Below are positions 1-10,353 of a stretch of 64,000 bases of DNA, piece after piece. Every line of letters starts with the position of its first letter. Positions within the stretch are counted from its first letter, which is position 1. Origin of the DNA: Chloroflexota bacterium (lineage in GTDB: Bacteria > Chloroflexota > UBA6077 > FW602-bin22). Where the stretch lies: contig VGOZ01000004.1 in the NCBI GenBank assembly GCA_016875715.1, positions 1,448 to 65,447 on the forward strand, written 5' to 3'. The position numbers and the translations under genes were made by a program. The notes below the pieces were generated by a model that did no database searches, was not told the DNA's origin, and worked only from the letters and a program-made list of their open reading frames with translations.

Positions 1-915
1 GGCCTGTACTATCGCCTCCCGGCACCGATTCAACTGGTCGATACCGTCAACGTCGAGCAGATCCGCCGCGCTGAGATCGGATTCCGCACCCAGGACGGGA
101 AGATGGTGCGCGTTCCGGCCGAAGCCCTGATGCTGACCAGAGACGAGAACATCGTCGACGCGCAGTTGATTGTCCAGTACCGGGTCAAGGATCCGTCGCA
201 GTACCTCTTCCGCCTGCGCGATCCGCAGGAGGCCCTGGCGGCATCCACCGAAGTCGCGCTGCGCAGCGCGGTCGGCCGTGCCCCGATTGACGAAATCCTT
301 ACGACGGGCCGGTCGCAGGTTCAGGGGATGACGCGGATATTCCTGCAGGCGCTGCTGGACACCTACGAGTCCGGTCTCCAGGTGACCGATGTCAAACTAC
401 AGGTCGCGGATCCACCGGAGCAGGTGAAGGACGCGTTCCAGGAGGTGGTGCGTGCGCGCGAGGACCGCGAGCGCCTCATGAACGAGGCGCGCGCCTATCG
501 CGAGGATATCCTCCCCAAGGCGCGCGGCCAGGCACAGGAGACGCTCCGTGGCGCCGAGGCATACAAGGAGCAGCGCACCCTCGAGGCGCAGGGCGATGTC
601 TCGCGCTTCGTGGCGGTTCTCCGGGAGTACAAGAAATCCAAGGACGTCACGCGTGACCGTCTCCATCTCGAGGCGATCGAGCGCATCCTCTCGCGGAGCA
701 ACAACATCGTTCTGGATGGGCAGGGCGCAAGCGGCGTGATGCCGTTCCTGCCGCTGCGCGACGGCGCCGCGATACCGCCGCAGGCCGCGGCCGCGCAAGC
801 TGCCACGCAGAGCGCTCCGCGCCCGGCGCCGGCACAGCCGTCGGCAAGTACGGTGCCGCTCGCACCGTCGAAGCCTGGTGTCAGTGCCACGCCCGCCGCA
901 CAGTCGCGGCGATAA
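1..915 (+). CDS. hflK: HflK-type SPFH/band-7 protein, 5' end outside window
   Basis: Frame is open from base 1 (GLYYRLPAPIQLVDTVNVEQIRRAEIGF...DENIVDAQLIVQYRVKDPSQYLF). SPFH core, coiled-coil region and Pro/Ala-rich tail. hflC follows after 12 nt. Confidence 0.85.
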   Translation, partial: GLYYRLPAPIQLVDTVNVEQIRRAEIGFRTQDGKMVRVPAEALMLTRDENIVDAQLIVQYRVKDPSQYLFRLRDPQEALAASTEVALRSAVGRAPIDEILTTGRSQVQGMTRIFLQALLDTYESGLQVTDVKLQVADPPEQVKDAFQEVVRAREDRERLMNEARAYREDILPKARGQAQETLRGAEAYKEQRTLEAQGDVSRFVAVLREYKKSKDVTRDRLHLEAIERILSRSNNIVLDGQGASGVMPFLPLRDGAAIPPQAAAAQAATQSAPRPAPAQPSASTVPLAPSKPGVSATPAAQSRR

Positions 916-927
916 GCAGGAAGACCG

Positions 928-1809
928 ATGTCACGAGCCGCGGGCACTACCGTCCTTGTCCTTCTTATCGCCGGATTCGTCCTGATTCAGGAGGCGCTCT
1001 ACATCGTCGATGAGCGAAACCAGGCGATTGTCACTCAGGTCGGTGCGTTCATTCGCGTCGATCAGAACCCCGGACCCTACTTGAAGATCCCTTTCTACCA
1101 CAGCGTGATCTACTTCGATCGACGCATCATCGTCAACGACACGGCACCGACCGAGAACCTGACGCTCGATAAGAAGCGGATCGTGGTCGATCCGATTACC
1201 CGCTGGCGGATCATCGATCCCTTCACGTTCTACATTACGGTGAGGGACGAGTCGGGCGCACGTGCGCGTCTGGACGATCTCGTGCTCTCCGCGATGCGCG
1301 ATGAGATCGGTAAGACGGACTTCGTGAACGTGATCAACAGGGATCGCGAGGTGATCGAGGAGTCGGTCACGCGGCGGGTGGCCGAGCGAGCCTCCGCCTT
1401 CGGCATCCAGATCATCGACGTGCGCAGCAAGCGCGCCGACCTCCCGCCGGAAGTTCAGGCAAGCGTTTTCGCCCGCATGGTCGCCGAGCGCGGACAGGTC
1501 TCAAAGCGGTATCGCTCCGAAGGCGATGAGGAGTCGGCCAAGATCCGCGCCGATGCCGAGAAGGAGCGGACGATCATCCTCGCTAGGGCGTACGAGCAGG
1601 CCCAGAGACTGCGCGGTGATGGTGACGCATCCGCGGCGGGCATCTACGCCGAGGCCTTCGATCAGGATCCGGAGTTCTACGCGTTCATCCGCAGTCTGCA
1701 GGCGTACGAACGGGTGCTTGGCGACCGCTCCATGATGGTGCTCTCAACCGACTCCGATCTCCTGCGCTATCTGCGGAGCGCCCGCCCCACCAGCGGTCGG
1801 ACCCCTTAG
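928..1809 (+). CDS. hflC: HflC-type SPFH/band-7 protein
   Basis: 293 aa. N-terminal TM helix (VLVLLIAGFVLI) and SPFH core (YLKIPFYHSVIYFDRRI...). Classic hflK-hflC pairing. Confidence 0.85.
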   Translation: MSRAAGTTVLVLLIAGFVLIQEALYIVDERNQAIVTQVGAFIRVDQNPGPYLKIPFYHSVIYFDRRIIVNDTAPTENLTLDKKRIVVDPITRWRIIDPFTFYITVRDESGARARLDDLVLSAMRDEIGKTDFVNVINRDREVIEESVTRRVAERASAFGIQIIDVRSKRADLPPEVQASVFARMVAERGQVSKRYRSEGDEESAKIRADAEKERTIILARAYEQAQRLRGDGDASAAGIYAEAFDQDPEFYAFIRSLQAYERVLGDRSMMVLSTDSDLLRYLRSARPTSGRTP

Positions 1810-1858
1810 GGGAGCGGGGCCGTTTGAGAACCACTACCCCTAGCGCCTGACCCGGTAC

Positions 1859-1890
1859 GACCGCGCCTCGATGAGGATCGAGGCGCGGTC
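1859..1890 (+). terminator. GC-rich hairpin downstream of hflC (14-bp perfect stem, GAGG loop, no U-tract)
   Basis: GACCGCGCCTCGAT-GAGG-ATCGAGGCGCGGTC, 50 nt after the hflC stop. No T-run follows, so terminator function is inferred. Confidence 0.35.
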
Positions 1891-2267
1891 GCCGGTCGGG
1901 CATACGTGGTAGACACTTGTCCCGCTGAGTCGGGCTGCGCTGCGATCCGTTCGATGGACCGACTGCTCAGCGAACGGCAGGTTCCACCGTACCGTGAGCA
2001 TCGTGCACGTCGATGATGTACGGCACCCCTCGAACGTCGAGGAATGCGAGGTGCGGACGATCCTTTTCGCCACACGGGCGGGAATCGCACACTGTCGCTA
2101 TTCCCGCGCTCGTCGACGTTATGCACTCGTATCGGCCCGCGTCGTGGCGCCGCTGCGTCTGTCATCTTGCGCCACGGGCGTTGATGCGGCCGCGCCGATC
2201 AACGCAGCCGGTCCACTGAGAGGCGTCCCTATACTCGTTCCTACCGGATCGAGGCGGGTAGGTACGC

Positions 2268-5105
2268 GTGTTCAACTGGGTCAAGGGGTTGCTCGGTATC
2301 GAGTCCAGCGAGCGCGAGGTCGCTCGCCTGCGCCCTCGCCTCGCGGAGATCAATAGCCTCGAATCGGAGTATCGCGAACTCAGCGACGCCGATCTGCGCG
2401 AGACGACCGGCGAACTGCGCGAGCGACTCCGCGGGTTCGAATCGCTCGATGATCTCCTGCCCGACGCATTCGCGGCGATGCGCGAGGCGGCTCGGCGCAC
2501 GATCGGCCTGCGCCATCACGACGTGCAGTTGCTCGCCGGGATCGTCCTCCATCAGGGGCGGATCGCCGAGATGCGCACCGGCGAGGGGAAGACGCTCGTC
2601 GCCACGCTCCCGCTCTACCTCAATGCGCTCGCCGGTAAGGGAGCCCACCTCGTCACCCCAAACGACTATCTCTCACGGGTCGGCGGCGGGTGGAACGGTC
2701 CAGCATACCATGCGCTGGGCCTGACGGTGGGAGTGATCGCCCACGAGTTCGCTGGCATCTTCGATCCGGGGTACACCGATCCTCAAGCGCGCGGCGATCG
2801 TCGCCTGGACCACTGGCGTCCCGTGCCGCGCCGTGAGGCATACGCGGCCGATATCACCTACGGCACCAACAACGAGTTCGGATTCGATTATCTCCGTGAC
2901 AACATGGTCTGGGAGATGGGCCAGCGCGTGCAGCGGCCCCTCCAATACGCCATCGTCGATGAGGTCGATAACATCCTCATCGACGAGGCGCGCACACCGC
3001 TCATCATCTCCGGCCAGGGCGACCCATCCACCGACCGGTACGCCCAAATGGCCCGGCTGGTTCCACGCCTTCGGCAGGGTTCCGACTTCGCCATCGATCT
3101 GAAGCATCGCTCGGTCACCCTCACCGAGGAAGGGATTAACAAACTCGAGCGCGCGCTGGGCGTCGACAACCTTTACGCGCCGGAGAACTTCGAGGTCACC
3201 CATTACCTCGAGCAGGCTCTGAAGGCCCAGTTCATCTTTCAGCGCGATCGGGACTACGTGCTCGTTGTCGATGGCGCGGTACTGGAGAGGAATCAGCATC
3301 GATCGGACGCCGAGGTGGTGATCGTCGACGAGTTCACCGGGCGGCTGATGTTTGGGCGGCGGTACAGCGAGGGACTGCATCAGGCGATCGAGGCGAAGGA
3401 AAGCGTTCGAGTCCAGCGCGAGTCGCTCACGCTGGCCACGATCACGTTCCAGAACTACTTCCGGATGTACGGGAAGCTCGCCGGTATGACGGGAACCGCC
3501 TCCACGGAGCGGGAGGAGTTCCACAAGATCTACCGACTCGAGGTCGTCACGATCCCGACCCACCTGCCGATGATCCGCGTGGACGCCGGCGACCTCGTGT
3601 ACAAGAGCGAGGATGGCAAGTTCCGCGCGGTCATCGAAGAGATCCGCGCGGTGCACGAACACGGGCGCCCGATCCTTGTTGGCACGGTGTCGATCGAGAA
3701 GTCAGAGAAACTCTCCGGCCTCCTCAAACGCGCCGGCCTCGCACACCAGGTATTGAACGCCAAGTTCCACGAGCAGGAAGCGCTCATCATCGCCCAGGCC
3801 GGGCGCCCCGGGGCGATCACCATCGCGACGAACATGGCTGGTCGCGGCGTCGACATCCTGCTCGGTGGGAATGCCGAGGGTCTGGTCCGCGCCCGTGCGG
3901 CTGGGCTGGGCTTCGAACTAACGAACGATGCCCAGGCCTACGAGCAGCTCAGGGAGGAGATTGACGCACAGGTACACGGCGATCGCGAGGCGATTTTGCG
4001 CCTGGGCGGCCTGCACATCATCGGCACGGAACGACACGAGGCGCGGCGGATCGACAACCAGTTGCGCGGTCGTGCTGGGCGCCAGGGTGACCCGGGCTCC
4101 TCGCGCTTCTTCGTGTCGCTGGAAGACGATCTCATGAAGCGATTCGGCGGCACGAACATCGCCGGACTTATGGACCGCCTCGGCCTTGAAGAGGACGTTC
4201 CGATCGAGCACGGTCTGATCACCAAGTCGATCGAGAACGCGCAGACGAAAGTCGAGGGATACAACTTCGACGTCCGCAAGCACGTCGTGCAGTACGACGA
4301 CGTGATGAATCGTCAGCGCGAGATCATTTACAGCGAGCGAGACAAGGTGCTGCGCCAGGAGGATCTGCGCGAGGTCCTCCGCCGCATGATCCACGAGGCG
4401 GTCGGGCGCCTGGTCGAGGCGGCGGCGGCGAGCGACGAGGCTGAGGAGTGGGACCTCGAGGCCCTCGAACGTGAGGCTGGTTCCATCTTCCCGTTGCCGC
4501 CGGATACTTCGCTGAATGCGTGGCGCTCACTCTCGCGCGAAGAACTCGGCGAGGAACTGAGGGTTCTCGCCGATGAGGCGTACGCGTCGAAAGAGGCTGC
4601 GCTCGGAGCGGAGCAGATGCGGCAGATCGAACGGGCCGTGATGCTCCACATCATCGATCGCCACTGGATCGATCACCTCACGGCTATGGACGAGTTGAGG
4701 CAGGGGATCGGTCTCCGCGCCTACGGCCAGCGCGATCCGCTCGTCGAATACAAGAACGAGGCGTTCGCCCAGTTCCAATCTCTGCTCGAGGCGATTCACC
4801 AGGAAGTCGTGCGCACGATCTACCGCGTGGAGCTTCAGCGCGTGCCCACCGCACCCAGGCCAGCGAAAGTGATCGAGTCCCACCCCGATCCCGACGCGAC
4901 GGGAATCGCCGTCCAGGCACCCCCCTCTGCCTCGCCGGTCACCGTCCTCGGTCGCGATGCGCGTTCACCGGCGGAGCGCGCGGTGGGGACCGGCCGTTCC
5001 GGCGCGCCCCGGCCGGTCCCCACCACGCGTGCCACCAAGGTCGGCCGGAACGATCCCTGCCCGTGTGGTAGCGGCCGCAAGTACAAGGTCTGCCACGGAC
5101 GATAG
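2268..5105 (+). CDS. secA: Preprotein translocase ATPase SecA
   Basis: 945 aa with GTG start. Walker [33 protein letters not shown], and C-terminal zinc-binding tail [14 protein letters not shown]. Confidence 0.97.
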   Translation: MFNWVKGLLGIESSEREVARLRPRLAEINSLESEYRELSDADLRETTGELRERLRGFESLDDLLPDAFAAMREAARRTIGLRHHDVQLLAGIVLHQGRIAEMRTGEGKTLVATLPLYLNALAGKGAHLVTPNDYLSRVGGGWNGPAYHALGLTVGVIAHEFAGIFDPGYTDPQARGDRRLDHWRPVPRREAYAADITYGTNNEFGFDYLRDNMVWEMGQRVQRPLQYAIVDEVDNILIDEARTPLIISGQGDPSTDRYAQMARLVPRLRQGSDFAIDLKHRSVTLTEEGINKLERALGVDNLYAPENFEVTHYLEQALKAQFIFQRDRDYVLVVDGAVLERNQHRSDAEVVIVDEFTGRLMFGRRYSEGLHQAIEAKESVRVQRESLTLATITFQNYFRMYGKLAGMTGTASTEREEFHKIYRLEVVTIPTHLPMIRVDAGDLVYKSEDGKFRAVIEEIRAVHEHGRPILVGTVSIEKSEKLSGLLKRAGLAHQVLNAKFHEQEALIIAQAGRPGAITIATNMAGRGVDILLGGNAEGLVRARAAGLGFELTNDAQAYEQLREEIDAQVHGDREAILRLGGLHIIGTERHEARRIDNQLRGRAGRQGDPGSSRFFVSLEDDLMKRFGGTNIAGLMDRLGLEEDVPIEHGLITKSIENAQTKVEGYNFDVRKHVVQYDDVMNRQREIIYSERDKVLRQEDLREVLRRMIHEAVGRLVEAAAASDEAEEWDLEALEREAGSIFPLPPDTSLNAWRSLSREELGEELRVLADEAYASKEAALGAEQMRQIERAVMLHIIDRHWIDHLTAMDELRQGIGLRAYGQRDPLVEYKNEAFAQFQSLLEAIHQEVVRTIYRVELQRVPTAPRPAKVIESHPDPDATGIAVQAPPSASPVTVLGRDARSPAERAVGTGRSGAPRPVPTTRATKVGRNDPCPCGSGRKYKVCHGR

Positions 5106-5177
5106 GCCGCCCATCGATATTCGGCCCGATCGCCGATCGGTGCGGTCGTCTACACTCGAGAGTGCGCGGAGGTACGG

Positions 5178-5345
5178 ATGGCTGTTGCCTTGAGCTTGCT
5201 CCTCATCATTGGTGGGGCGACTCTGTTCGCCTTCGGCATCGTCGCCCATATGGGCGGCCTGTTCATCGCCGGATTGGTCTGTTTCGCGGTGGTCGGCATC
5301 TACGGCCTCAGGGGCGGCGCTCGCCAGAACGCGCATCACTCCTGA
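5178..5345 (+). CDS. Small hydrophobic membrane protein (55 aa), hypothetical
   Basis: ATG preceded by GGAGG at 5168-5172. MAVALSLLLIIGGATLFAFGIVAHMGGLFIAGLVCFAVVGIYGL... gives two predicted TM helices. GC-rich third positions. Below the 60-aa ORF-track cutoff. Confidence 0.5.
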   Translation: MAVALSLLLIIGGATLFAFGIVAHMGGLFIAGLVCFAVVGIYGLRGGARQNAHHS

Positions 5346-5370
5346 CGCGACCGGGGGCCCGGCCGTCGAC

Positions 5371-5628
5371 TCAGGAGTTCTGGATGAAGAGCGCCACGTT
5401 CAGCACGGCGATCATGCCGAGCATCACCAGCAGGGGCACGGTCGCGATGTCGAGCCCGCGCGACCAGAGTCGGGCCGTGCGACTGTCCGAGAGGCGCACC
5501 GCCTCTTTGGCGAGCAAGCCGATCGCCAGCGTCAGAACCGCGACCAACGCCAGCAGGTGACCGAGGCCCTCCATCGTGATGGCGGCGGTCACCGTTGAGA
5601 CCGTCGCGGTGGTCACGCTCCATGCCAC
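5371..5628 (-). CDS. Small membrane protein, hypothetical
   Basis: 85-aa ORF with two hydrophobic segments (GHLLALVAVLTLAIGLL, IATVPLLVMLGMIAVLNVALFI). Convergent with the 55-aa ORF. Confidence 0.45.
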   Translation of the reverse strand: MAWSVTTATVSTVTAAITMEGLGHLLALVAVLTLAIGLLAKEAVRLSDSRTARLWSRGLDIATVPLLVMLGMIAVLNVALFIQNS

Positions 5629-5715
5629 GTTACATCTACTTTCGCGCCTTTCTAAGAACAGGTCGGCTGTCCCCCGGGCGGGAATAGGACTTTCAGCTTA
5701 TTCTGGACTTACGCG

Positions 5716-6582
5716 TTGAGTTGGGTCTGCCCCGCCTGTCTGGGGAGGCTCGCCCCATCGACCGGTGGCCCCGTCTGCGCCGACTGCGGCGCAACGTATC
5801 CGGTCCGCGATGGCGTGACCGACCTGAGGCTTGCGGCGGCGATGACACCGCACATGCGGAAGGTGGCGGCCGAATGGGACGACCTTGCTGCCGCCTATCG
5901 CGCGATGGTGCGTGGGCTGGGCGCACGCACCGAGGAGATCGATCGGCCCCTCCTCGAGATCGCCAGCGGCGACATTCTGGAAGTTGGTTGCGGAGACGGA
6001 AGGCTGCTCCTGAAACTGCCCGCGCGTAGCGCGCGCAGCGTTCGCGGATGCGACATCTCGGCGGCGATGGCTGCAGTCGCGGTGGGCCGCGGTCTCGACG
6101 TTGTCGTGGCGCCCGCTGAGCGTCTGCCCCTGCCCGACCGATCGGTCGATACCTATCTGAGCGGCTACTACGCGCTCCGGCACGCCGACCTCGATCGATC
6201 TTGCGCCGAGATGGCGCGCGTCCTGCGCCCTGGCGGCCGCTTCGGCATTACACTCCTGGGTCAGCGAGCGGTACGCGCCGCGGCAGTCGTCGCATCGCTC
6301 GGCGGACTCTGGCGGGCTGAACATCGCTGGAGCGCCGCGCGGGAGCTGATCACATTCGGCGGATCGTTTGTGGCGCCCAACGATGTCAGATCGTCGGCCC
6401 GAACGCGCGCAACCCTTGCGCGCCACGGTCTGCGCCTGACGAGGGTCTCCGGGTTTCCCCGCCTGCCCGTTCTCTCGGAGTTCCTCCATCGCCTGGGTAT
6501 TTCGATGCCGAGGCTCGATGGCGACGCGGCTGTCCCAGTCTCGTACGACATCGTGGTGATCGGCACACGAGAGGTCGGCTAG
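5716..6582 (+). CDS. Class I SAM-dependent methyltransferase with N-terminal Trm112-like zinc ribbon
   Basis: CPAC...CADCG ribbon at the N-terminus, then SAM motif I ILEVGCGDGRLL. TTG start. Confidence 0.8.
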   Translation: MSWVCPACLGRLAPSTGGPVCADCGATYPVRDGVTDLRLAAAMTPHMRKVAAEWDDLAAAYRAMVRGLGARTEEIDRPLLEIASGDILEVGCGDGRLLLKLPARSARSVRGCDISAAMAAVAVGRGLDVVVAPAERLPLPDRSVDTYLSGYYALRHADLDRSCAEMARVLRPGGRFGITLLGQRAVRAAAVVASLGGLWRAEHRWSAARELITFGGSFVAPNDVRSSARTRATLARHGLRLTRVSGFPRLPVLSEFLHRLGISMPRLDGDAAVPVSYDIVVIGTREVG

Positions 6583-6630
6583 ACCCGGCGCAGTGGAGAT
6601 CCCGCGCCTCGGCCGCATCAACGCGACGAC

Positions 6631-7164
6631 TTGGGCCGTGTGGGACTTTGCGCAGTGGTCGGCGTCGCAGCGGTTTCGATGACCGCGATCGTGATCCTGC
6701 GCCTCAATCGGCAGGTGCTCGCCAGCGCGGCGCAACTGCGGGGCAATCTGACCTAGGTCGATGCCACGGTGCGAGACGACGCGCTCGTCTACGCGGTCCA
6801 GCAGGCCACCATCGAAGAGTCCTGGAACGCGCAGATCGCGGATTACCGTCTGCCCTAACCGAACAGGTCGGTCTTCGAGACCGTGGTCACCGCGAGCACC
6901 GTTGCAACGATCGCGAACCTGCGCCCGCCCATCGATGTAACGGCAGTTCATCAGCGGTGGGCTCAAGGCTAGAGCGATCGCGAGGCGGCTCTCGGCCTAC
7001 TCACTTCTGGGTCACCCACCGATGCCGATCGCGCCCGCGCTGCCGACCTGGCACGGCGCGCCAACTACCTGATCCGAGATGCTCGGAACGATCTGCGCGG
7101 TCTCCTCCTCGCGCGAGGGTTACGGGAGGAGGACCTCGCGATCGCGCGCCTCGGGCGGACCTGA
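6631..7164 (+). pseudogene. Remnant of a membrane-anchored protein with three in-frame stops
   Basis: One frame keeps coding-like GC-rich third positions and an N-terminal TM helix (GLCAVVGVAAVSMTAIVILRL). It is interrupted by TAG 6754-6756, TAA 6856-6858 and TAG 6970-6972, and ends at TGA 7162-7164. The antisense shadow ORF 5698-6966 stays open in the matching register. Confidence 0.4.
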
Positions 7165-7455
7165 CGTCCGCCGGCGGGGGCTCCTCATACGCGCGCCGTC
7201 CGTCTGGCCGGCCCGGGCGTGCTGTTGGGCAGGAGATGGAGGAGGGCCGCCACACGCTGCGCCGTGACCGCGACTCTCTTTCTCAGCGCGAACGCGTGAA
7301 CCTGCCGTGCCACCTGCGTCGAGGAGTGCGCATTCGCCACCGATCCCAGTCCATCCATCTATAGGGCCCCCCGATCCGATCATCGGCGCTCCCCCTGACG
7401 GCGCTTTAACCGACCCCTCGGTAGATTCCCGCCCAGAATGATCGGGAGAACGACG

Positions 7456-7575
7456 ATGCTCTGTTGGATCCTCGGCCACGGTTGGGAGCACGTGATGACC
7501 GCATTCGGGCGTCGCTACACTCGATGTCGCCGGTGTCACACCGTGCACATCAGCGAGGCACTCACCGTCAGTTAG
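7456..7575 (+). CDS. Small zinc-ribbon-like protein (39 aa), hypothetical
   Basis: GGGAGA lies 6 nt upstream of the ATG. MLCWILGHGWEHVMTAFGRRYTRCRRCHTVHISEALTVS carries the motif C-W-x2-G-H-x-W...C-x-R-C. A paralogue is at 52294-52482. Confidence 0.35.
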   Translation: MLCWILGHGWEHVMTAFGRRYTRCRRCHTVHISEALTVS

Positions 7576-7599
7576 CCGGGTCGCGTCGACCCCACCCGG

Positions 7600-8415
7600 G
7601 TGACCGCGCCGCCAGCCAGCGCCAATCTCCAATCCGGCGATGGCTACAGTACCCGGGTGATCCGTTTCGTCTCGCTCGATCTCTACCACACGCTCGTCGG
7701 TCCCCGTCCGCTGCGCGAGGTGCGCATGGCCGAGGCCTGTGCGGACCTCGGGATGCACGTCGAGCCGGGCGCGTTCGGACGTCCGGGAGTGGTCGCCGAC
7801 GACTACTACAGCACGGAAAATGGGCGGTGGCCGCTGCACACGCGGACCACCGAAGAGCAGCAGGCCTTCTACCGGGCCTTCTATGGGATCCAGCTTCACG
7901 GCGCGGGACTACCCTCCGACCACGCAACGTGTGAGAAGGTCCGAGAGCTCATGTGGTCGCGGCGAGGTGAGTGGGTGATCCACGAGGATGCACTTCCCGC
8001 GATCGACGAGATGCGTGCTGCTGGCCTCACCCTCGGCATCCTCTCCAATACGCCGGTGGATGCGACCCCGATGTGCGCCCGCCTCGGGCTGGCAGAGAAG
8101 GTCCATTTCATCGTCAGCTCGTGCCTGGTGGGGTGCGAAAAGCCCGATCCGCGCATTTTCCACGTCGGACTGGAGGCGGCGGGCGTCGCCGCCCGGGAAG
8201 CGCTGCACATCGGAGATCAGCGACTGTCCGACTCGGTCGGTGCCGAGGCCGTCGGAATGGAAACCCTCCTTCTGGACCGGACCGGTATCCTGGCCGATGA
8301 GGAGCGGTTCGCCAAGATCGCATCGCTCCACGATATCTTGCCCTGGATCCGGGCGCGAGAGAGGGCACCGCGCGCGATGGGTCAGACCCCCGGTGTGGGC
8401 AGCCTGATCCGATAG
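7600..8415 (+). CDS. HAD-superfamily hydrolase, subfamily IA (haloacid-dehalogenase-like)
   Basis: Motif I FVSLDLYHTLV, motif II ILSNT, CEKPDPRIF, motif IV HIGDQRLSD. The true start may be the GTG near 7657. Confidence 0.8.
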   Translation: MTAPPASANLQSGDGYSTRVIRFVSLDLYHTLVGPRPLREVRMAEACADLGMHVEPGAFGRPGVVADDYYSTENGRWPLHTRTTEEQQAFYRAFYGIQLHGAGLPSDHATCEKVRELMWSRRGEWVIHEDALPAIDEMRAAGLTLGILSNTPVDATPMCARLGLAEKVHFIVSSCLVGCEKPDPRIFHVGLEAAGVAAREALHIGDQRLSDSVGAEAVGMETLLLDRTGILADEERFAKIASLHDILPWIRARERAPRAMGQTPGVGSLIR

Positions 8416-9287
8416 AGACTCGTGCGGGCGGTGACGTAGAGAGTTCGTCGATCGGCTCCACCCCAGCCCACGTTCGCGGGCACTTCCGCCACGCGGATGC
8501 GGCCGAGGACAGCGCCGTCGGGCGCGATCACCCAGATCCCGCCAGGCCCGGTGCAGAAGATGCGGCCGCGCACGTCCACCTTCATCCCGTCGGGAACGCC
8601 GGGTTCGTCGGCGCGAAGGTTCGCCAGGATCCGTCCCTGGGAGAGCGAGCCATCGGCCTGAACCGTGAATGCCCGAATATGCATCTCGCGCGTATCGTCC
8701 ACGTAGAGCGTCTTACCATCGGGCGAGAGGGAGAGGCCGTTCGGAAATGTGAAGTCCCGCGCCACCTGTCGGACCGCTCCGCTCGGGTCGATCTGGAAGA
8801 CTCCAGCGAAATCCAGTTCACGATCGTCGGGCTTGACCCCCGGACCGTACGGGTTTACGAACCGATCGCCCCAGAAGGGATCGGTGAAGTAGATCGAGCC
8901 GTCGGCGGCGCAGATCACGTCGTTCGGACTGTTGAGCCGCCTCCCCTGCCATGAGGTCGCGATCGCGGCGCGGGAACCGTCGGCCGCGTAGCGAACGACC
9001 TGCCGGGTGAGTCCCTCGCACGCCAGAAGCCGCCCCTGAAGATCGAGGGCCATTCCATTGGTCAGGTCGCTGGGGCAGCGGAACGTCGTCACGTCGGGAC
9101 CGTTCGCTCGCTCGGCGTAGGCGACGATGCGACTGTTGACGATGTCGGCGAAGAGGATTCGCTCGCCGAACCAGACCGGGCCCTCGGTGAACGCGAAGCC
9201 GGTCGCCACTCGTTCGAGACGGCAATCCTGTGGTACGACCTCGTCGAACCCCGCCAGTCTCCGCTCGAACTCCACTTCGGACAGCAT
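8382..9287 (-). CDS. SMP-30/gluconolactonase/LRE family protein
   Basis: 301 aa. ATGFAFTEGPVWFGERILFADIVNSRIVAY and repeated beta-propeller blades (DGSIYFTDP, LYVDDT, PDGMKVD). Confidence 0.85.
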   Translation of the reverse strand: MLSEVEFERRLAGFDEVVPQDCRLERVATGFAFTEGPVWFGERILFADIVNSRIVAYAERANGPDVTTFRCPSDLTNGMALDLQGRLLACEGLTRQVVRYAADGSRAAIATSWQGRRLNSPNDVICAADGSIYFTDPFWGDRFVNPYGPGVKPDDRELDFAGVFQIDPSGAVRQVARDFTFPNGLSLSPDGKTLYVDDTREMHIRAFTVQADGSLSQGRILANLRADEPGVPDGMKVDVRGRIFCTGPGGIWVIAPDGAVLGRIRVAEVPANVGWGGADRRTLYVTARTSLYRIRLPTPGV

Positions 9288-9357
9288 TCTACGCCCCCTA
9301 GTTGACCGGCGCGCATGGCAGCGCCTAGCCTTGGTCCAGGGGCGATTCGGCGAACGG

Positions 9358-10296
9358 GTGGTAGCGCGCAGGCGAGCGCCAGTTGAAGCGACGCTCGAAC
9401 GCGAAGGCGACGACGCGCTCGAGAGCTACCTCTACGACATTCGCCAGATCCCCCTGCTCACCGCGGCGCAGGAGGTTGTCCTCGGGAGGGCGATCGCCGA
9501 GGGGCAGGATGCCCGCGTTCGCCTCTCGCAGGACGATGAGTCGTTCGCCCGCAGCGAGCTCGCTCGCCGCATCAGCCGGGGCGATAGCGCCCGCGCGCGG
9601 CTGATCGAGGCGAACCTCCGTCTCGTCGTCTCGGTCGCCAGGAAATACCTCGGCTACGGCGTGCCGCTGCTCGATCTCGTCCAGGAGGGCAGCCTGGGAC
9701 TGATGCGCGCGGTGGACAAGTTTGATTATCGACGCGGATTCAAGTTCTCCACCTACGCGACCTGGTGGATCCGGCAATCGGTCGGCCGCGCGGTGATGGA
9801 CCAAACCCGCGTCATTCGGTTGCCCGTGCATCTTCAGGAGCGGCTGCGCAAACTGGAGCAGGCTGAGCGCGATCTGGTCCAGGATCTGGGCCGCGAGATC
9901 GGCGAAGCGGAACTCGCGGAGTTCCTCGGCATCTCGCTGGGGGAGATCCGGGTCGCGCGCCGTCACGCCGATCACGTCTCATCACTCGATGCCCCCATCG
10001 GCAGCGACGAGGAATCGTCGACGATCGGCGAATTCGTGCCGGCCGATACGCGCCCCTTCGATGAGATCGTCGAAGAGGAGGAGAGGCGAGGCATCGTCGA
10101 ACAGATCGTCGGCGCTCTGCTCCCCTGCGAGTGCCTCGTCCTTCGACTTCGATACGGCTTCGATGATGAAAGGGTCTGGACCCACGACGAGGTCGGTGCG
10201 AGGCTCGGCGTGAGTCGCGAGCGCGCCGAGCAGATCGAGAACGAGGCGCTGGCGAAACTCCGCCACCCACGCCTCCTGAAGGCGCTTCTGGACTGA
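9358..10296 (+). CDS. RNA polymerase sigma factor, RpoD/sigma-70 family
   Basis: Region 2 DLVQEGSLGLMRAVDKFDYRRGFKFSTYATWWIRQ, region 3, and region 4 HTH HDEVGARLGVSRERAEQIENEALAKLR. The ORF-track start 9127 overlaps the gluconolactonase gene. GTG 9358 or TTG 9331 are the in-frame alternatives. Confidence 0.85.
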   Translation: MVARRRAPVEATLEREGDDALESYLYDIRQIPLLTAAQEVVLGRAIAEGQDARVRLSQDDESFARSELARRISRGDSARARLIEANLRLVVSVARKYLGYGVPLLDLVQEGSLGLMRAVDKFDYRRGFKFSTYATWWIRQSVGRAVMDQTRVIRLPVHLQERLRKLEQAERDLVQDLGREIGEAELAEFLGISLGEIRVARRHADHVSSLDAPIGSDEESSTIGEFVPADTRPFDEIVEEEERRGIVEQIVGALLPCECLVLRLRYGFDDERVWTHDEVGARLGVSRERAEQIENEALAKLRHPRLLKALLD

Positions 10297-10353
10297 TTCG
10301 TTTGAGACGCGAACCGCTCATCAGGGGCGGCGCGCCCCACTATCCTCGATGCG

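Noticed and set aside
5698-6966. 422-aa minus-strand ORF. Similar long antisense ORFs are at 2673-3662, 44509-46440, 48237-49739, 60534-61859 and 27807-29063.
   Set aside because: All lie antisense or off-frame to well-supported genes (methyltransferase, secA, GNAT/amidohydrolase, rny, membrane GT, korAB). Their translations are Arg/Pro/Gly-rich with no motifs, which is typical of shadow ORFs in GC-rich DNA.
7165-7455. A 43-aa ATG ORF (about 7234-7365) and other short frames between the decayed gene and the zinc-ribbon mini-ORF.
   Set aside because: There is no SD, codon signal is mixed and no motif is present. The region is left unassigned.
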